Shown here in pieces: positions 42,406 through 51,451 of a DNA stretch of 64,000 bases. This DNA comes from Escherichia coli (GTDB lineage: Bacteria > Pseudomonadota > Gammaproteobacteria > Enterobacterales > Enterobacteriaceae). Below the pieces are notes generated by a model. That model was not told where the DNA came from, made no database searches, and saw nothing but the letters and a program-made list of their open reading frames with translations. Where the stretch lies: assembly GCF_009931435.1 (NCBI RefSeq), contig NZ_CP043414.1. The stretch is one strand, 5' to 3'. How positions within the stretch are numbered: the stretch's first letter is position 1; the number at the start of each line of letters is the position of its first letter. The translations under genes and the position numbers were made by a program.

Positions 42406-42539
42406 AATTCATTCCCTGTATGAATGATTAAAGGTGATTCTACACCATCCACTGCGAACGCAAAACGTACCAGGAGGATGTTTATATTGATGATATTATG
42501 TCGTCCTATAACTATACATGATGTCAATAAGTGACAAAG

Positions 42540-42866
42540 ATGATTAAAACAACGTTACTGTTTTTTGCTACTGCGCTGTGTGAAATTATTGGATGCTTTC
42601 TGCCCTGGTTGTGGTTAAAACGAAACGCCAGTATCTGGCTGTTGCTTCCGGCGGGGATTTCTCTGGCACTGTTTGTCTGGTTGTTAACGTTGCATCCTGC
42701 GGCGAGTGGGCGTGTTTACGCGGCTTATGGTGGCGTTTATGTCTGCACGGCGTTGATTTGGCTGCGCGTTGTGGATGGCGTAAAACTGAGTCTTTATGAC
42801 TGGACGGGGGCGTTGATTGCGCTTTGCGGCATGTTGATCATTGTTGCGGGCTGGGGGCGCGCGTAA
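42540..42866 (+). CDS. ynfA: UPF0060 four-TM membrane protein
   Basis: Start at [25 protein letters not shown] (108 aa). Confidence 0.88.
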
Positions 42867-43071
42867 GGACATAAATCCATTTTATCAATAAGATACAAGG
42901 AAGTGTCAGCTGACAAAAGGTATTCTATTTCATCTTTTGTCAACCATTCACGGCGCAAATATACGCCTTTTTTTGTGATCACTCCGGCTTTTTTCGATCC
43001 TCATACTTGTATGGTAGTAGCTCAGTTGCGTAGATTTCATGCATCACGACAAGCGATGCAAGGAATCGAAC

Positions 43072-44286
43072 ATGAAGATCGTAAAGGCTGAAGTTTTTGT
43101 TACCTGTCCGGGGCGTAATTTCGTCACATTAAAAATCACCACTGAGGACGGTATTACGGGCCTTGGGGATGCCACCCTCAATGGACGTGAGCTTTCCGTG
43201 GCCTCTTATTTGCAGGATCACCTTTGTCCGCAGCTTATTGGTCGCGATGCACAGCGTATCGAAGATATCTGGCAGTTTTTCTATAAAGGTGCTTACTGGC
43301 GTCGCGGTCCGGTGACGATGTCGGCCATTTCAGCGGTTGATATGGCGCTGTGGGATATTAAAGCCAAAGCTGCCAACATGCCGCTTTACCAGTTACTCGG
43401 CGGCGCGTCTCGTGAAGGGGTGATGGTTTATTGCCATACCACCGGTCACAGTATTGATGAAGCTCTGGATGATTATGCCCGTCATCAGGAGCTGGGATTC
43501 AAAGCCATCCGCGTGCAGTGCGGAATCCCTGGTATGAAAACCACCTACGGCATGTCGAAAGGCAAAGGTCTGGCTTATGAACCCGCAACCAAAGGACAGT
43601 GGCCGGAAGAGCAGCTGTGGTCGACGGAGAAATACCTCGATTTCATGCCGAAATTGTTTGACGCGGTACGTAACAAGTTTGGTTTTAATGAACATTTGCT
43701 GCATGACATGCACCATCGCTTAACGCCTATTGAAGCGGCGCGCTTTGGTAAAAGCATTGAAGATTATCGCATGTTCTGGATGGAAGACCCGACGCCTGCG
43801 GAAAACCAGGAATGCTTCCGCCTGATTCGCCAACACACCGTCACGCCAATTGCAGTGGGTGAAGTCTTCAACAGCATCTGGGACTGCAAACAGCTGATTG
43901 AAGAACAACTTATCGACTATATCCGCACCACGCTGACTCACGCGGGGGGGATTACCGGTATGCGCCGGATTGCCGATTTTGCTTCGTTGTATCAGGTACG
44001 TACTGGCTCACACGGTCCTTCCGATTTGTCACCAGTCTGCATGGCTGCGGCGCTGCACTTTGATCTGTGGGTCCCCAATTTCGGTGTCCAGGAATACATG
44101 GGCTATTCCGAACAAATGCTCGAAGTCTTCCCGCACAACTGGACTTTCGATAACGGCTATATGCATCCGGGAGACAAACCGGGTCTTGGCATCGAATTCG
44201 ATGAAAAGCTGGCGGCGAAATATCCCTATGAACCTGCTTATCTGCCAGTCGCACGTCTGGAAGATGGCACGCTGTGGAACTGGTAA
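43072..44286 (+). CDS. rspA: enolase-superfamily mannonate dehydratase-like starvation sensing protein
   Basis: Start at [27 protein letters not shown] (404 aa). Confidence 0.94.
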   Translation: MKIVKAEVFVTCPGRNFVTLKITTEDGITGLGDATLNGRELSVASYLQDHLCPQLIGRDAQRIEDIWQFFYKGAYWRRGPVTMSAISAVDMALWDIKAKAANMPLYQLLGGASREGVMVYCHTTGHSIDEALDDYARHQELGFKAIRVQCGIPGMKTTYGMSKGKGLAYEPATKGQWPEEQLWSTEKYLDFMPKLFDAVRNKFGFNEHLLHDMHHRLTPIEAARFGKSIEDYRMFWMEDPTPAENQECFRLIRQHTVTPIAVGEVFNSIWDCKQLIEEQLIDYIRTTLTHAGGITGMRRIADFASLYQVRTGSHGPSDLSPVCMAAALHFDLWVPNFGVQEYMGYSEQMLEVFPHNWTFDNGYMHPGDKPGLGIEFDEKLAAKYPYEPAYLPVARLEDGTLWNW

Positions 44287-44297
44287 GGAGTAAGATA

Positions 44298-45317
44298 ATG
44301 AAAAGCATTTTAATTGAAAAACCGAATCAACTGGCAATTATCGAACGCGAAATACCCACCCCGTCAGCGGGTGAAGTTCGAGTAAAAGTGAAACTTGCCG
44401 GAATTTGTGGTTCAGATAGCCATATTTATCGTGGGCATAATCCTTTTGCGAAATATCCGCGCGTCATTGGACATGAATTCTTTGGCGTCATTGATGCAGT
44501 GGGTGAAGGCGTGGAAAGCGACAGAGTCGGTGAACGCGTTGCTGTCGATCCGGTGGTCAGCTGTGGGCATTGCTATCCGTGCTCTATAGGTAAGCCGAAC
44601 GTTTGTACGACACTGGCTGTATTAGGTGTGCACGCTGACGGTGGTTTCAGTGAATATGCCGTGGTGCCGGCAAAAAATGCGTGGAAAATTCCTGAAGCAG
44701 TGGCCGATCAATATGCGGTGATGATCGAACCTTTTACCATTGCGGCTAACGTTACCGGTCATGGTCAACCGACTGAAAATGATACCGTTCTGGTTTACGG
44801 TGCAGGTCCAATCGGCCTGACGATCGTTCAGGTATTAAAAGGCGTCTATAACGTTAAGAATGTGATTGTTGCCGATCGCATTGATGAACGACTGGAAAAA
44901 GCGAAAGAGAGCGGGGCAGACTGGGCGATTAATAACAGCCAGACACCGCTTGGCGAGATTTTCGCTGAAAAAGGCATAAAGCCGACATTAATTATCGATG
45001 CGGCTTGTCATCCTTCAATCCTGAAAGAAGCCGTAACGCTGGCTTCTCCAGCGGCACGTATTGTATTGATGGGCTTCTCCAGTGAACCGTCTGAAGTGAT
45101 TCAGCAAGGAATTACCGGAAAAGAACTCTCTATTTTCTCTTCACGCTTAAATGCAAATAAATTCCCGGTCGTTATCGACTGGTTAAGTAAAGGGTTAATT
45201 AAACCAGAAAAACTAATTACCCATACGTTTGATTTCCAGCATGTTGCTGATGCCATTAGTTTATTTGAACAGGATCAAAAGCATTGCTGCAAAGTCTTAC
45301 TCACTTTTTCTGAATAA
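44298..45317 (+). CDS. rspB: Zn-dependent alcohol dehydrogenase-family starvation sensing protein
   Basis: Start at MKSILIEKPNQLAIIEREIP (339 aa). GHEFFG and GAGPIG motifs. Confidence 0.94.
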   Translation: MKSILIEKPNQLAIIEREIPTPSAGEVRVKVKLAGICGSDSHIYRGHNPFAKYPRVIGHEFFGVIDAVGEGVESDRVGERVAVDPVVSCGHCYPCSIGKPNVCTTLAVLGVHADGGFSEYAVVPAKNAWKIPEAVADQYAVMIEPFTIAANVTGHGQPTENDTVLVYGAGPIGLTIVQVLKGVYNVKNVIVADRIDERLEKAKESGADWAINNSQTPLGEIFAEKGIKPTLIIDAACHPSILKEAVTLASPAARIVLMGFSSEPSEVIQQGITGKELSIFSSRLNANKFPVVIDWLSKGLIKPEKLITHTFDFQHVADAISLFEQDQKHCCKVLLTFSE

Positions 45318-45374
45318 TACCAATAACGGCGAGTAAGTAGTACGCATCTTACCTCTTTTTTAGAGATAACCATT

Positions 45375-45467
45375 ATGACAATAGAAAAACACGAAAGAAG
45401 CACTAAGGATTTGGTGAAAGCAGCAGTATCGGGATGGCTGGGCACTGCGCTTGAATTTATGGATTTC
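45375..45467 (+). pseudogene. ydfJ: 5' fragment (about 31 codons) of MFS transporter gene ydfJ, truncated by prophage insertion
   Basis: MTIEKHERSTKDLVKAAVSGWLGTALEFMDF matches the remembered YdfJ N-terminus. After MDF the frame diverges (KSHTCQLFDKY, stop at 45501-45503) and runs into the integrase 3' end. Confidence 0.75.
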
Positions 45468-45504
45468 AAGAGTCATACGTGTCAACTATTTGATAAATAT
45501 TAAA

Positions 45505-46785
45505 TTAATTTTTCATTGCTTCGTTATGGGGCATGGTTGGGGCAAACTCGCTTAACTGTGTATTTAACAAAGCTACCTGTGCATTATTGTTTTCAGACAT
45601 CCATTTTCCGTATACCTGAAATACCATTTGCGCATCTGCATGGCCCATCTGGTTTGCTATAAATGCTGGGTTAGCACCAGCTGTCAGCGACCAGCAGGCA
45701 TAAGTATGTCTCGACTGATATGATTTTCGATGGCGGAGTCCGGCACGTTTTATCGCTGCGTCCCACATCTGCCTTATTGAGTCAACGGTAAAATGGTCAC
45801 CATAATTTTTTACTCTCGCTGACACTTCAGGTTGAAAAACAAAGGTGCATTTATGTTTTTCTGTTCTGCCATACTCTCTGAGGTGAACATCAATGATATG
45901 CTCTTTGCTCAGTCTCGTTAATGTCATCTGACTCCGGAGAGCGTCGATTGCTGGCTTAATAAGATGAATGACCCGATTGGTTCCCGCCTGTGTTTTTGGT
46001 ACCGTGAAACGGTCTTTTGCTAAATTTCTCCTGATCATCATTGTTCCATTTTTCAGATCTATGTCCTCCCATCCAAGTGCACACAGCTCACCAGGGCGAA
46101 CGCCAGTATAAACAGAAACACACCATAAATTTTTGGCTTGCTGATTTCTGCACGCATCGATAAGACGGATGAATTCCTCCCGCGAAAGAGGATCCGGAAT
46201 GGTTCTTGATTCCTTTAATGGCGAGATCCCCTTAAACGGGTTATCTGCCAGGTAACCGTTATCAACACCAAACTGGAACACGGCGTTAAGATTTGTCATG
46301 TAATTATTTACAGTTACAGCCGATCTCCCTGGTTGTGTAACAATATAGTTACTTTTGGGGATCTGGTATCCAGTCAGTAGCTCTTTACGAACCTCCAGTA
46401 ATTTTTCTTTATTAATCGATGAGGCAAGATTTTTTTCACCGATTATGCTCAGGATATTTTTGATGACGGCACGGTATGTGTTGAGTGATGTTTTTGCGAC
46501 TTCAGTTTCTTTCAGTGCCAGAAATTTTTCAGCCAGTTCTTTTATGGTTAAATCTTGTCGGGCCTCACCAAATTTTTCCAGATTGCGTGAGGAGGGAAAC
46601 TGTTTTGCATAGTCGAAAACACCAGTTTTTATTGCGTAACAAACAGAGGCGCGTAGCTCACCTGCAACGCGCCTGTTTTTTGCTGTGTCAGGAACCCCCA
46701 GGTTTTCCCTGACTCTTACGCCTTTATAAACAAACCAGATACGTAATTTCCCTCCATGGTTTTCCACGCCTGTCGGATATTTCAT
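45505..46785 (-). CDS. intQ: tyrosine recombinase (prophage integrase)
   Basis: 426 aa from the Met in MKYPTGVENHGGKLRIW, which has a GAGAAG SD-like sequence. The ORF track adds 5 codons. Catalytic signature: ...GVRPGELCAL..., SRHTYACWSL and GHADAQMVFQVYGKW (Tyr). Appears uninterrupted. Confidence 0.88.
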   Translation of the reverse strand: MKYPTGVENHGGKLRIWFVYKGVRVRENLGVPDTAKNRRVAGELRASVCYAIKTGVFDYAKQFPSSRNLEKFGEARQDLTIKELAEKFLALKETEVAKTSLNTYRAVIKNILSIIGEKNLASSINKEKLLEVRKELLTGYQIPKSNYIVTQPGRSAVTVNNYMTNLNAVFQFGVDNGYLADNPFKGISPLKESRTIPDPLSREEFIRLIDACRNQQAKNLWCVSVYTGVRPGELCALGWEDIDLKNGTMMIRRNLAKDRFTVPKTQAGTNRVIHLIKPAIDALRSQMTLTRLSKEHIIDVHLREYGRTEKHKCTFVFQPEVSARVKNYGDHFTVDSIRQMWDAAIKRAGLRHRKSYQSRHTYACWSLTAGANPAFIANQMGHADAQMVFQVYGKWMSENNNAQVALLNTQLSEFAPTMPHNEAMKN

Positions 46786-46819
46786 TTCAACTTCTCTCAT
46801 TAGTTAGTGTGGCTTTTAG

Positions 46820-47071
46820 TCAAGTAAGATGACGTCTTGGTCTTGCTGATGCCTGGCGCTCAATCCAGCGATCAATTTCTTCCAGGTTGTAAAAGCATGG
46901 ACTGTTATCCCATGGCATACCGTCATGAGCGACATGCTTATATTCCCTTCCTTCCATAAACGATTTTTCCCGGGCCTTTTTTAACGTACCTTTTTTTATT
47001 CCTTTCAGCGCAATTAACTGCTCTTCGGATACCCATTTGCCGGGAGAGACAATCATGATTACTTCGCTCAT
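46820..47071 (-). CDS. excisionase-like protein (DUF1233/Exc-like)
   Basis: 83-aa ORF directly upstream of int. The pattern GKWVSEEQL...GTLKKAREKSFMEGREYKHV...YNLEEIDRWIE resembles excisionase-like proteins of E. coli lambdoid prophages. Confidence 0.65.
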   Translation of the reverse strand: MSEVIMIVSPGKWVSEEQLIALKGIKKGTLKKAREKSFMEGREYKHVAHDGMPWDNSPCFYNLEEIDRWIERQASARPRRHLT

Positions 47072-47143
47072 CGATTTCTTTATCTCTTACATCAGACGAG
47101 CGCCGGTTGCAGAATACCAGTCACAACCGGCGACAGTTGAACA

Positions 47144-49615
47144 TTAAGAATCAGCCTGACTCGGGATCAGTTTTTGCCAGATAGCTGAAACGCATTTTGC
47201 CTGGTAACGGGCGTCATCAAGTGCATTATGGCGCTCACCTTCGAATGGAATAGCCGTTCTGGCATCGAAGTCTATGGCTTTCCCCAGCTCAACGATTGTG
47301 CGTACATCGCGATCGTTGTAGTAACGCCACGGGCAGGGGATCCCCTGCCGTTCGTATGAACGGCGCAAAATCGTGTTGTCGAAGTTGGCTCCATTTCCCC
47401 AGACCTGAACAAAAAATTCACCGGAGTTTTCGTCGATAAATTCCCGCAATTGTAACAGTGCATCATCTAACGGGATTTCATCGGTCATAATGGCAGATTG
47501 CGCTTCGCGTGATTGTTTAAGCCACCATTTAATGGTGTCCCGATCAATGACTCCGCCAGCAGTTTCCAGATCGATAGTCTTACTAAATTCCGGTCCCATA
47601 TCTCCGGTTTGCGGATCGAAAAATATTGCACCTATTGAGATAATCGGGGCATCGGGATTTTTTCCCATGGTTTCAAGGTCGATCATCAGATGAATCCCCG
47701 CTCTGCTGGTGGATGTGAGATTATGATGACCGTTCGCCTTAATTAAGGGATCTGACGCCTCGCCAGTTTCACTATCGCTGGCATGATGCTGATTGCCGCC
47801 AGTGTTCTCCTTGTGCTGATGCGCAGTGCCTTCCATTTCCTCCGGATCATTTTCCTGAACTTCAGGCTGATTCTCTCCATCGAATATTTCCTGGTATGTT
47901 GCGTCACCCATCACCGCACCACAATCAGGGCAGTTGCCGCCACCGCTATGACCGCAGGCGGTGCAGATCTTTTCCGGTTCCTGTTGCACTACTGGTTCAG
48001 GTTGTTTCGTTTCTGGCTCGTTTTGTTGCGTATTTGGGCTGTTTTGTTCCGCTTTCTGGTCGTTCTGTTCCGTTTCTTGCTGGTTCTGGTTCACAGAATC
48101 GCGGGTCTGGATCCCCTTAACCCATTTCGGATCATTCGGGTCGCTAATCCCTTCAACAAATTCACCACGTGATACTGCAAGCAGTTCATCGGCGTCAGGC
48201 TGGCTGATATTGGCTGCCTGCATAATTTTGTTTACTTCGTCAGCGGTAACTTTTACTGACCCTGGTTGTGCGGTCGTGTCAGATGCACCAGTATTTTGTT
48301 GTGAACCTGAGTATGTACCGTTTTTGCGGGCGAAATATTCTTCTTTCGTGATTTCAGTAGCCCCAGCAGACAGCGCCTTATCCAGACCAGAAAGTTTGTT
48401 TGCGCGACCGTATTTTTCGCCATCCTTGTCGGTGAAGAGGAAGTAGAACGGCCCCTCACGTTCTACAGATGGTTCGACTTCCACTTTGCATTCGGTTTTT
48501 TCGTTGTCTGGAATTGCCGTTTCCACTGCATCAGTTTCTGGTACTGGCGACGAGAGAGTATCAGTTGCGCTCTGATTTGTTCCTTCATCTTCAAACACGC
48601 CCTTTGTAGTCAGGTATTCAGTAATGTATTTGTTCAGTGCCACAGGGTCTTTGTGAATGTCGATCGGACGTTCACGGACAAGGCCAAAAATAGTCTGGCG
48701 GTCGTAGCGAAGGGCATCAGGCTGTTTGCGCATTGATGCCGAGATACGCTTCCAGTCTTCGCGGTCGTTGTCGATAACTTCATTTTTTGCCCAGCGATGG
48801 ATGCTGCCGTCAATGTTTCCGGCATCTACATCACCAGGCCAGAGAGCGTAGGCCAGTTCGTCATCCAGTGTTTTCCATGTCTGCTTGTATTCGCGATGAA
48901 TGGCAGCAATGACCGGGTTGATTTTTCCTGTTGAATTTTCAGTGTGCTGTTGATTGGCTCTGGCGCGGGCGAGATCAACAACAGACGTGTATTTTCCGGC
49001 TTCCTTGCGTTCACCTTCGCGACGTTTTTTCCAGATGCGCATCTCTGCCTGAATTTCGGGCCATTTGGCACCAGGCTTACATTTATGCTTAACCCACCCG
49101 ATGGCATGCAGCTTAAGCTCCGGATACATAGCGTTAACTTCTGGCATTTTCATCAACGCTTCAACGATATGGCCGTCGAATGTTGCCATGTCTTCCTGCA
49201 ACAATTCCTGTGCGCTAATCACCATATCAACAGTGATGTTTTCACATGTGTGGAACTTAACCATGACAGCGTTCTGTACTTCAGGGGCTAGGTTGTCAAA
49301 AGTGACGTTCATCGGATCGGATTCAGTCTCGACCGGGACAAAGGAAGCAGACGCCTCATCCCAGCGGTTTTCCTGCATATATTCAGCATCCCAGGAATCG
49401 AGGGCAGGGCGGGGTATACCGGGTTTATCCTCGCAAACAAGAAATTTATAAGCGCAGTCCTGAGCAGCCGGATAATGTTCCAGGAATTGCCAGTGAAATT
49501 TTGCGCGGGCGCGACGTTCATCACCGGCTTCAATGGCAGTGGCTACAGCGACGGCACCTTCTTCCTTTATTGCCTGTTCGTCCGGAATGGCGGCGCAAAT
49601 AAAGACTTTACTCAT
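47144..49615 (-). CDS. ydfE: 823-aa early-region protein with three parts: YdfE-like N-terminus, acidic/Gln-rich linker with a CxxC...CxxC zinc ribbon, and a C-terminal DnaQ-like DEDDh 3'-5' exonuclease
   Basis: N-terminus MSKVFICAAIPDEQAIKEEGAVAVATAIEAGDERRARAKFHWQFLEHYPAAQD matches remembered K-12 YdfE, which I recall as a truncated remnant. C-terminus carries MIDLETMG, WGNGANFDNTIL and HNALDDARYQ exonuclease motifs. Zinc ribbon: CTACGHSGGGNCPDCG. Confidence 0.8.
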   Translation of the reverse strand: MSKVFICAAIPDEQAIKEEGAVAVATAIEAGDERRARAKFHWQFLEHYPAAQDCAYKFLVCEDKPGIPRPALDSWDAEYMQENRWDEASASFVPVETESDPMNVTFDNLAPEVQNAVMVKFHTCENITVDMVISAQELLQEDMATFDGHIVEALMKMPEVNAMYPELKLHAIGWVKHKCKPGAKWPEIQAEMRIWKKRREGERKEAGKYTSVVDLARARANQQHTENSTGKINPVIAAIHREYKQTWKTLDDELAYALWPGDVDAGNIDGSIHRWAKNEVIDNDREDWKRISASMRKQPDALRYDRQTIFGLVRERPIDIHKDPVALNKYITEYLTTKGVFEDEGTNQSATDTLSSPVPETDAVETAIPDNEKTECKVEVEPSVEREGPFYFLFTDKDGEKYGRANKLSGLDKALSAGATEITKEEYFARKNGTYSGSQQNTGASDTTAQPGSVKVTADEVNKIMQAANISQPDADELLAVSRGEFVEGISDPNDPKWVKGIQTRDSVNQNQQETEQNDQKAEQNSPNTQQNEPETKQPEPVVQQEPEKICTACGHSGGGNCPDCGAVMGDATYQEIFDGENQPEVQENDPEEMEGTAHQHKENTGGNQHHASDSETGEASDPLIKANGHHNLTSTSRAGIHLMIDLETMGKNPDAPIISIGAIFFDPQTGDMGPEFSKTIDLETAGGVIDRDTIKWWLKQSREAQSAIMTDEIPLDDALLQLREFIDENSGEFFVQVWGNGANFDNTILRRSYERQGIPCPWRYYNDRDVRTIVELGKAIDFDARTAIPFEGERHNALDDARYQAKCVSAIWQKLIPSQADS

Positions 49616-49707
49616 TTTGTTTTACCTCATTACAGATTTAAGGGTGAACAAATCCCTGCCATTGCTGGCATATAAGAATGAAATCGGATGTTTATTACGG
49701 AACTGTT

Positions 49708-49899
49708 TTAAAGACCTGCCGGGATTTCGTTATTATCCTGGTGAATAACTTTATCGACCGGGTAACAGTTACCGGGAATTTTCTGTTCGGTTGCTGCAGT
49801 CACACACTCCTGCATTGTCCTGTGAACACTGACTGCAATATCAACTGGCTCTCCGGAAACAAGAAAAACTGTCAGAACAAGTGCAAATGCTGTATTCAT
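49708..49899 (-). CDS. ydfD: 63-aa DUF1482 small membrane/lysis protein YdfD
   Basis: Internal start gives MNTAFALVLTVFLVSGEPVDIAVSVHRTMQEC.... Its ATG overlaps the dicB TGA (ATGA). Confidence 0.8.
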   Translation of the reverse strand: MNTAFALVLTVFLVSGEPVDIAVSVHRTMQECVTAATEQKIPGNCYPVDKVIHQDNNEIPAGL

Positions 49900-50084
49900 T
49901 GCCAGCATCCTTTTTGTATCGGACGTAAACGGGCCAACATTGAAAGAATGCATATTTTATTTAATAGCTCCCGTTCGTGTTTTCTCTTGTTAATGGCATC
50001 TTCAGTAAATACAGGGTTACTGATAGTGACACCAATTTCAAAACAACCTTCAGACGTATTAACGTTTGGTAATAACGTTTCCAT
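49896..50084 (-). CDS. dicB: cell-division inhibitor DicB
   Basis: Internal start gives METLLPNVNTSEGCFEIGVTISNPVFTEDAINKRKHERELLNKICILSMLARL... (62 aa). Near-identical to remembered DicB. Confidence 0.92.
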   Translation of the reverse strand: METLLPNVNTSEGCFEIGVTISNPVFTEDAINKRKHERELLNKICILSMLARLRPIQKGCWQ

Positions 50085-50258
50085 TATCGCGTCCTCAACA
50101 ATGAATTTTGTGATGCGGTGCCTGGTGCTTCCAGGTGACGTTAACCAGTTAACAATTAACGCCGGATACAGAGAATCCACCCATAACACTGTTTTTGGTT
50201 TTAACTGTTCCGCGTGCGCTCAGCCGCATTCACCGCATCACAAAATTCACTTTAAAAA

Positions 50259-50311
50259 GGGCGGCAGAGCAGTCACGGAGTAAAACTGATACCGCCAAAC
50301 GTCACCAGAAA
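50259..50311 (-). ncRNA. dicF: DicF small RNA (antisense regulator of ftsZ and other mRNAs)
   Basis: The minus strand reads TTTCTGGTGACGTTTGGCGGTATCAGTTTTACTCCGTGACTGCTCTGCCGCCC followed by TTTTT. This matches the remembered 53-nt DicF, lying between ydfC and dicB. Confidence 0.92.
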
Positions 50312-50652
50312 ATTGATAACAGAGGGCGTTGCAGCGGGGTTGTCACTTAAGCGTATGGTCAACCTGACAACCCGGTGTCCTCAACGGGGGAAGGAATAAC
50401 CCCGCCATACTTACCGCCGCGCCATTTCGCGGATTGCCACAACCGGAAGCGCACGGTCGACGAAAATTTAACGACAGGCTATCTATGAACCAGCTACCTC
50501 GCCGTGCGCTTTCGCGTTATGGTCTGACTTTTCAGGGAAATATCCTTTCAGTAAACTGTCAGTGCCGGATGCTCACCCGTGTCCGGCGCAAGCACTCCAC
50601 CTTACCCGTGGAGAACTCCTTAATTACCAACCTTAGCTTCGTTGGTTAGCTA

Positions 50653-50871
50653 TTAACGCGGGTATGTAATCATTCTGGCAATGGTTAATGCCGCTGCTTT
50701 TTCCAGATTGGTGATATCCTGCTCCAGAGAGGACAGATTTTCAGCCTGCTTAGCCCTGACTTCATTAGCCCATTTCAGATCCTGCGCTGCATTAATTTTC
50801 TGGTGCATCCACTCATAAAGTTCATCATTGGTATAGTCTGGCGCGATGATGACGGGTTCTCGTTTCTGCAT
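50653..50871 (-). CDS. ydfC: 72-aa prophage protein YdfC
   Basis: MQKREPVIIAPDYTNDELYEWMHQKINAAQDLKWANE.... Position and sequence as in the K-12 dicB operon. Confidence 0.8.
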   Translation of the reverse strand: MQKREPVIIAPDYTNDELYEWMHQKINAAQDLKWANEVRAKQAENLSSLEQDITNLEKAAALTIARMITYPR

Positions 50872-50900
50872 ACTGATTCCTCGCGGTGCTGTTTCGCTTA

Positions 50901-51029
50901 TCAGCCATTAGATTTTGCCGAACTGGAAAGCGCCTGTTTAAATTCGTTGAAGCTGTGAGCTTCTTCGCCTTCGGCAAGGCCTTCGAAGTATTCTTCGTAA
51001 GCCTTTTCCATGATTGTGTCGAAATCCAT
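50901..51029 (-). CDS. ydfB: 42-aa acidic protein YdfB
   Basis: My own translation gives MDFDTIMEKAYEEYFEGLAEGEEAHSFNEFKQALSSSAKSNG. Not in the ORF track (shorter than 60 aa). Confidence 0.8.
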   Translation of the reverse strand: MDFDTIMEKAYEEYFEGLAEGEEAHSFNEFKQALSSSAKSNG

Positions 51030-51030
51030 A

Positions 51031-51186
51031 TCACCCACCTGAATTTCTTTCCAGCCAGCGACGCGCTCCAGATTCGGTTTTAAACGTTTTGCTTTTGGTA
51101 TACGTCATTGCGGTGAACGTACCGTCCTGGTTGGGGAACACGCCACATACCAGAGATTCGCTGTTGCCAAGATTGATAGTATCCAT
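51031..51186 (-). CDS. ydfA: 51-aa DUF1391 protein YdfA
   Basis: Internal start gives MDTINLGNSESLVCGVFPNQDGTFTAMTYTKSKTFKTESGARRWLERNSGG. Confidence 0.82.
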   Translation of the reverse strand: MDTINLGNSESLVCGVFPNQDGTFTAMTYTKSKTFKTESGARRWLERNSGG

Positions 51187-51368
51187 GCTGACCTCATTTC
51201 CCCTTAACGCCGGGGTAGCGGAACAAAAACCTGCTGCATAGTTATTAAAGTTGTACCCTGCCGTCATGTTCTTACGCCTCGGGCTGGCTACTTAACCCCT
51301 GACCACTGCCTGGTAACTCGAAGTATTGCCCTGCATTCTGTGGAGCGGGGTGAGTTGGTATGAAAAGA

Positions 51369-51410
51369 AGGATACCCATAGGTATTTAAAAAGTAAATAC
51401 CCATGGGTGA
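51369..51410 (-). promoter_or_regulatory. PL-like leftward promoter with two operator dyads (OL)
   Basis: The minus strand has TTTACT-17-TATCCT (51397-51369). Dyads ATACCCATAGGTAT (51372-51385) and ATACCCATGGGTGA (51397-51410) fit ATACC-N4-GGTAT and are 25 bp apart. Confidence 0.5.
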
Positions 51411-51451
51411 CTTTTTGCAGTGTCTTAACTGGTGACTAGTTGTTTGGTGAG

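Noticed and set aside
47072-47143. Hairpin GCCGGTTG-N14-CAACCGGC between the 823-aa gene and the xis-like gene.
   Set aside because: It is an 8-bp stem with a large loop and no U tract on the transcribed (minus) strand. That is insufficient to call a terminator or a recombination site.
47783-48446. Several + strand ORFs (129, 74 and 161 aa) with Phe/Leu/Cys-rich repetitive sequence.
   Set aside because: They are antisense to the Gln/Glu/Pro-rich low-complexity linker of the 823-aa gene. They are compositional mirror ORFs.
49678-50283. 201-aa + strand ORF spanning the dicB/ydfD/DicF region.
   Set aside because: It is antisense to dicB, ydfD and DicF, all of which match known sequences. It has no SD sequence and a Cys/Asn-rich composition, so it is a shadow ORF.
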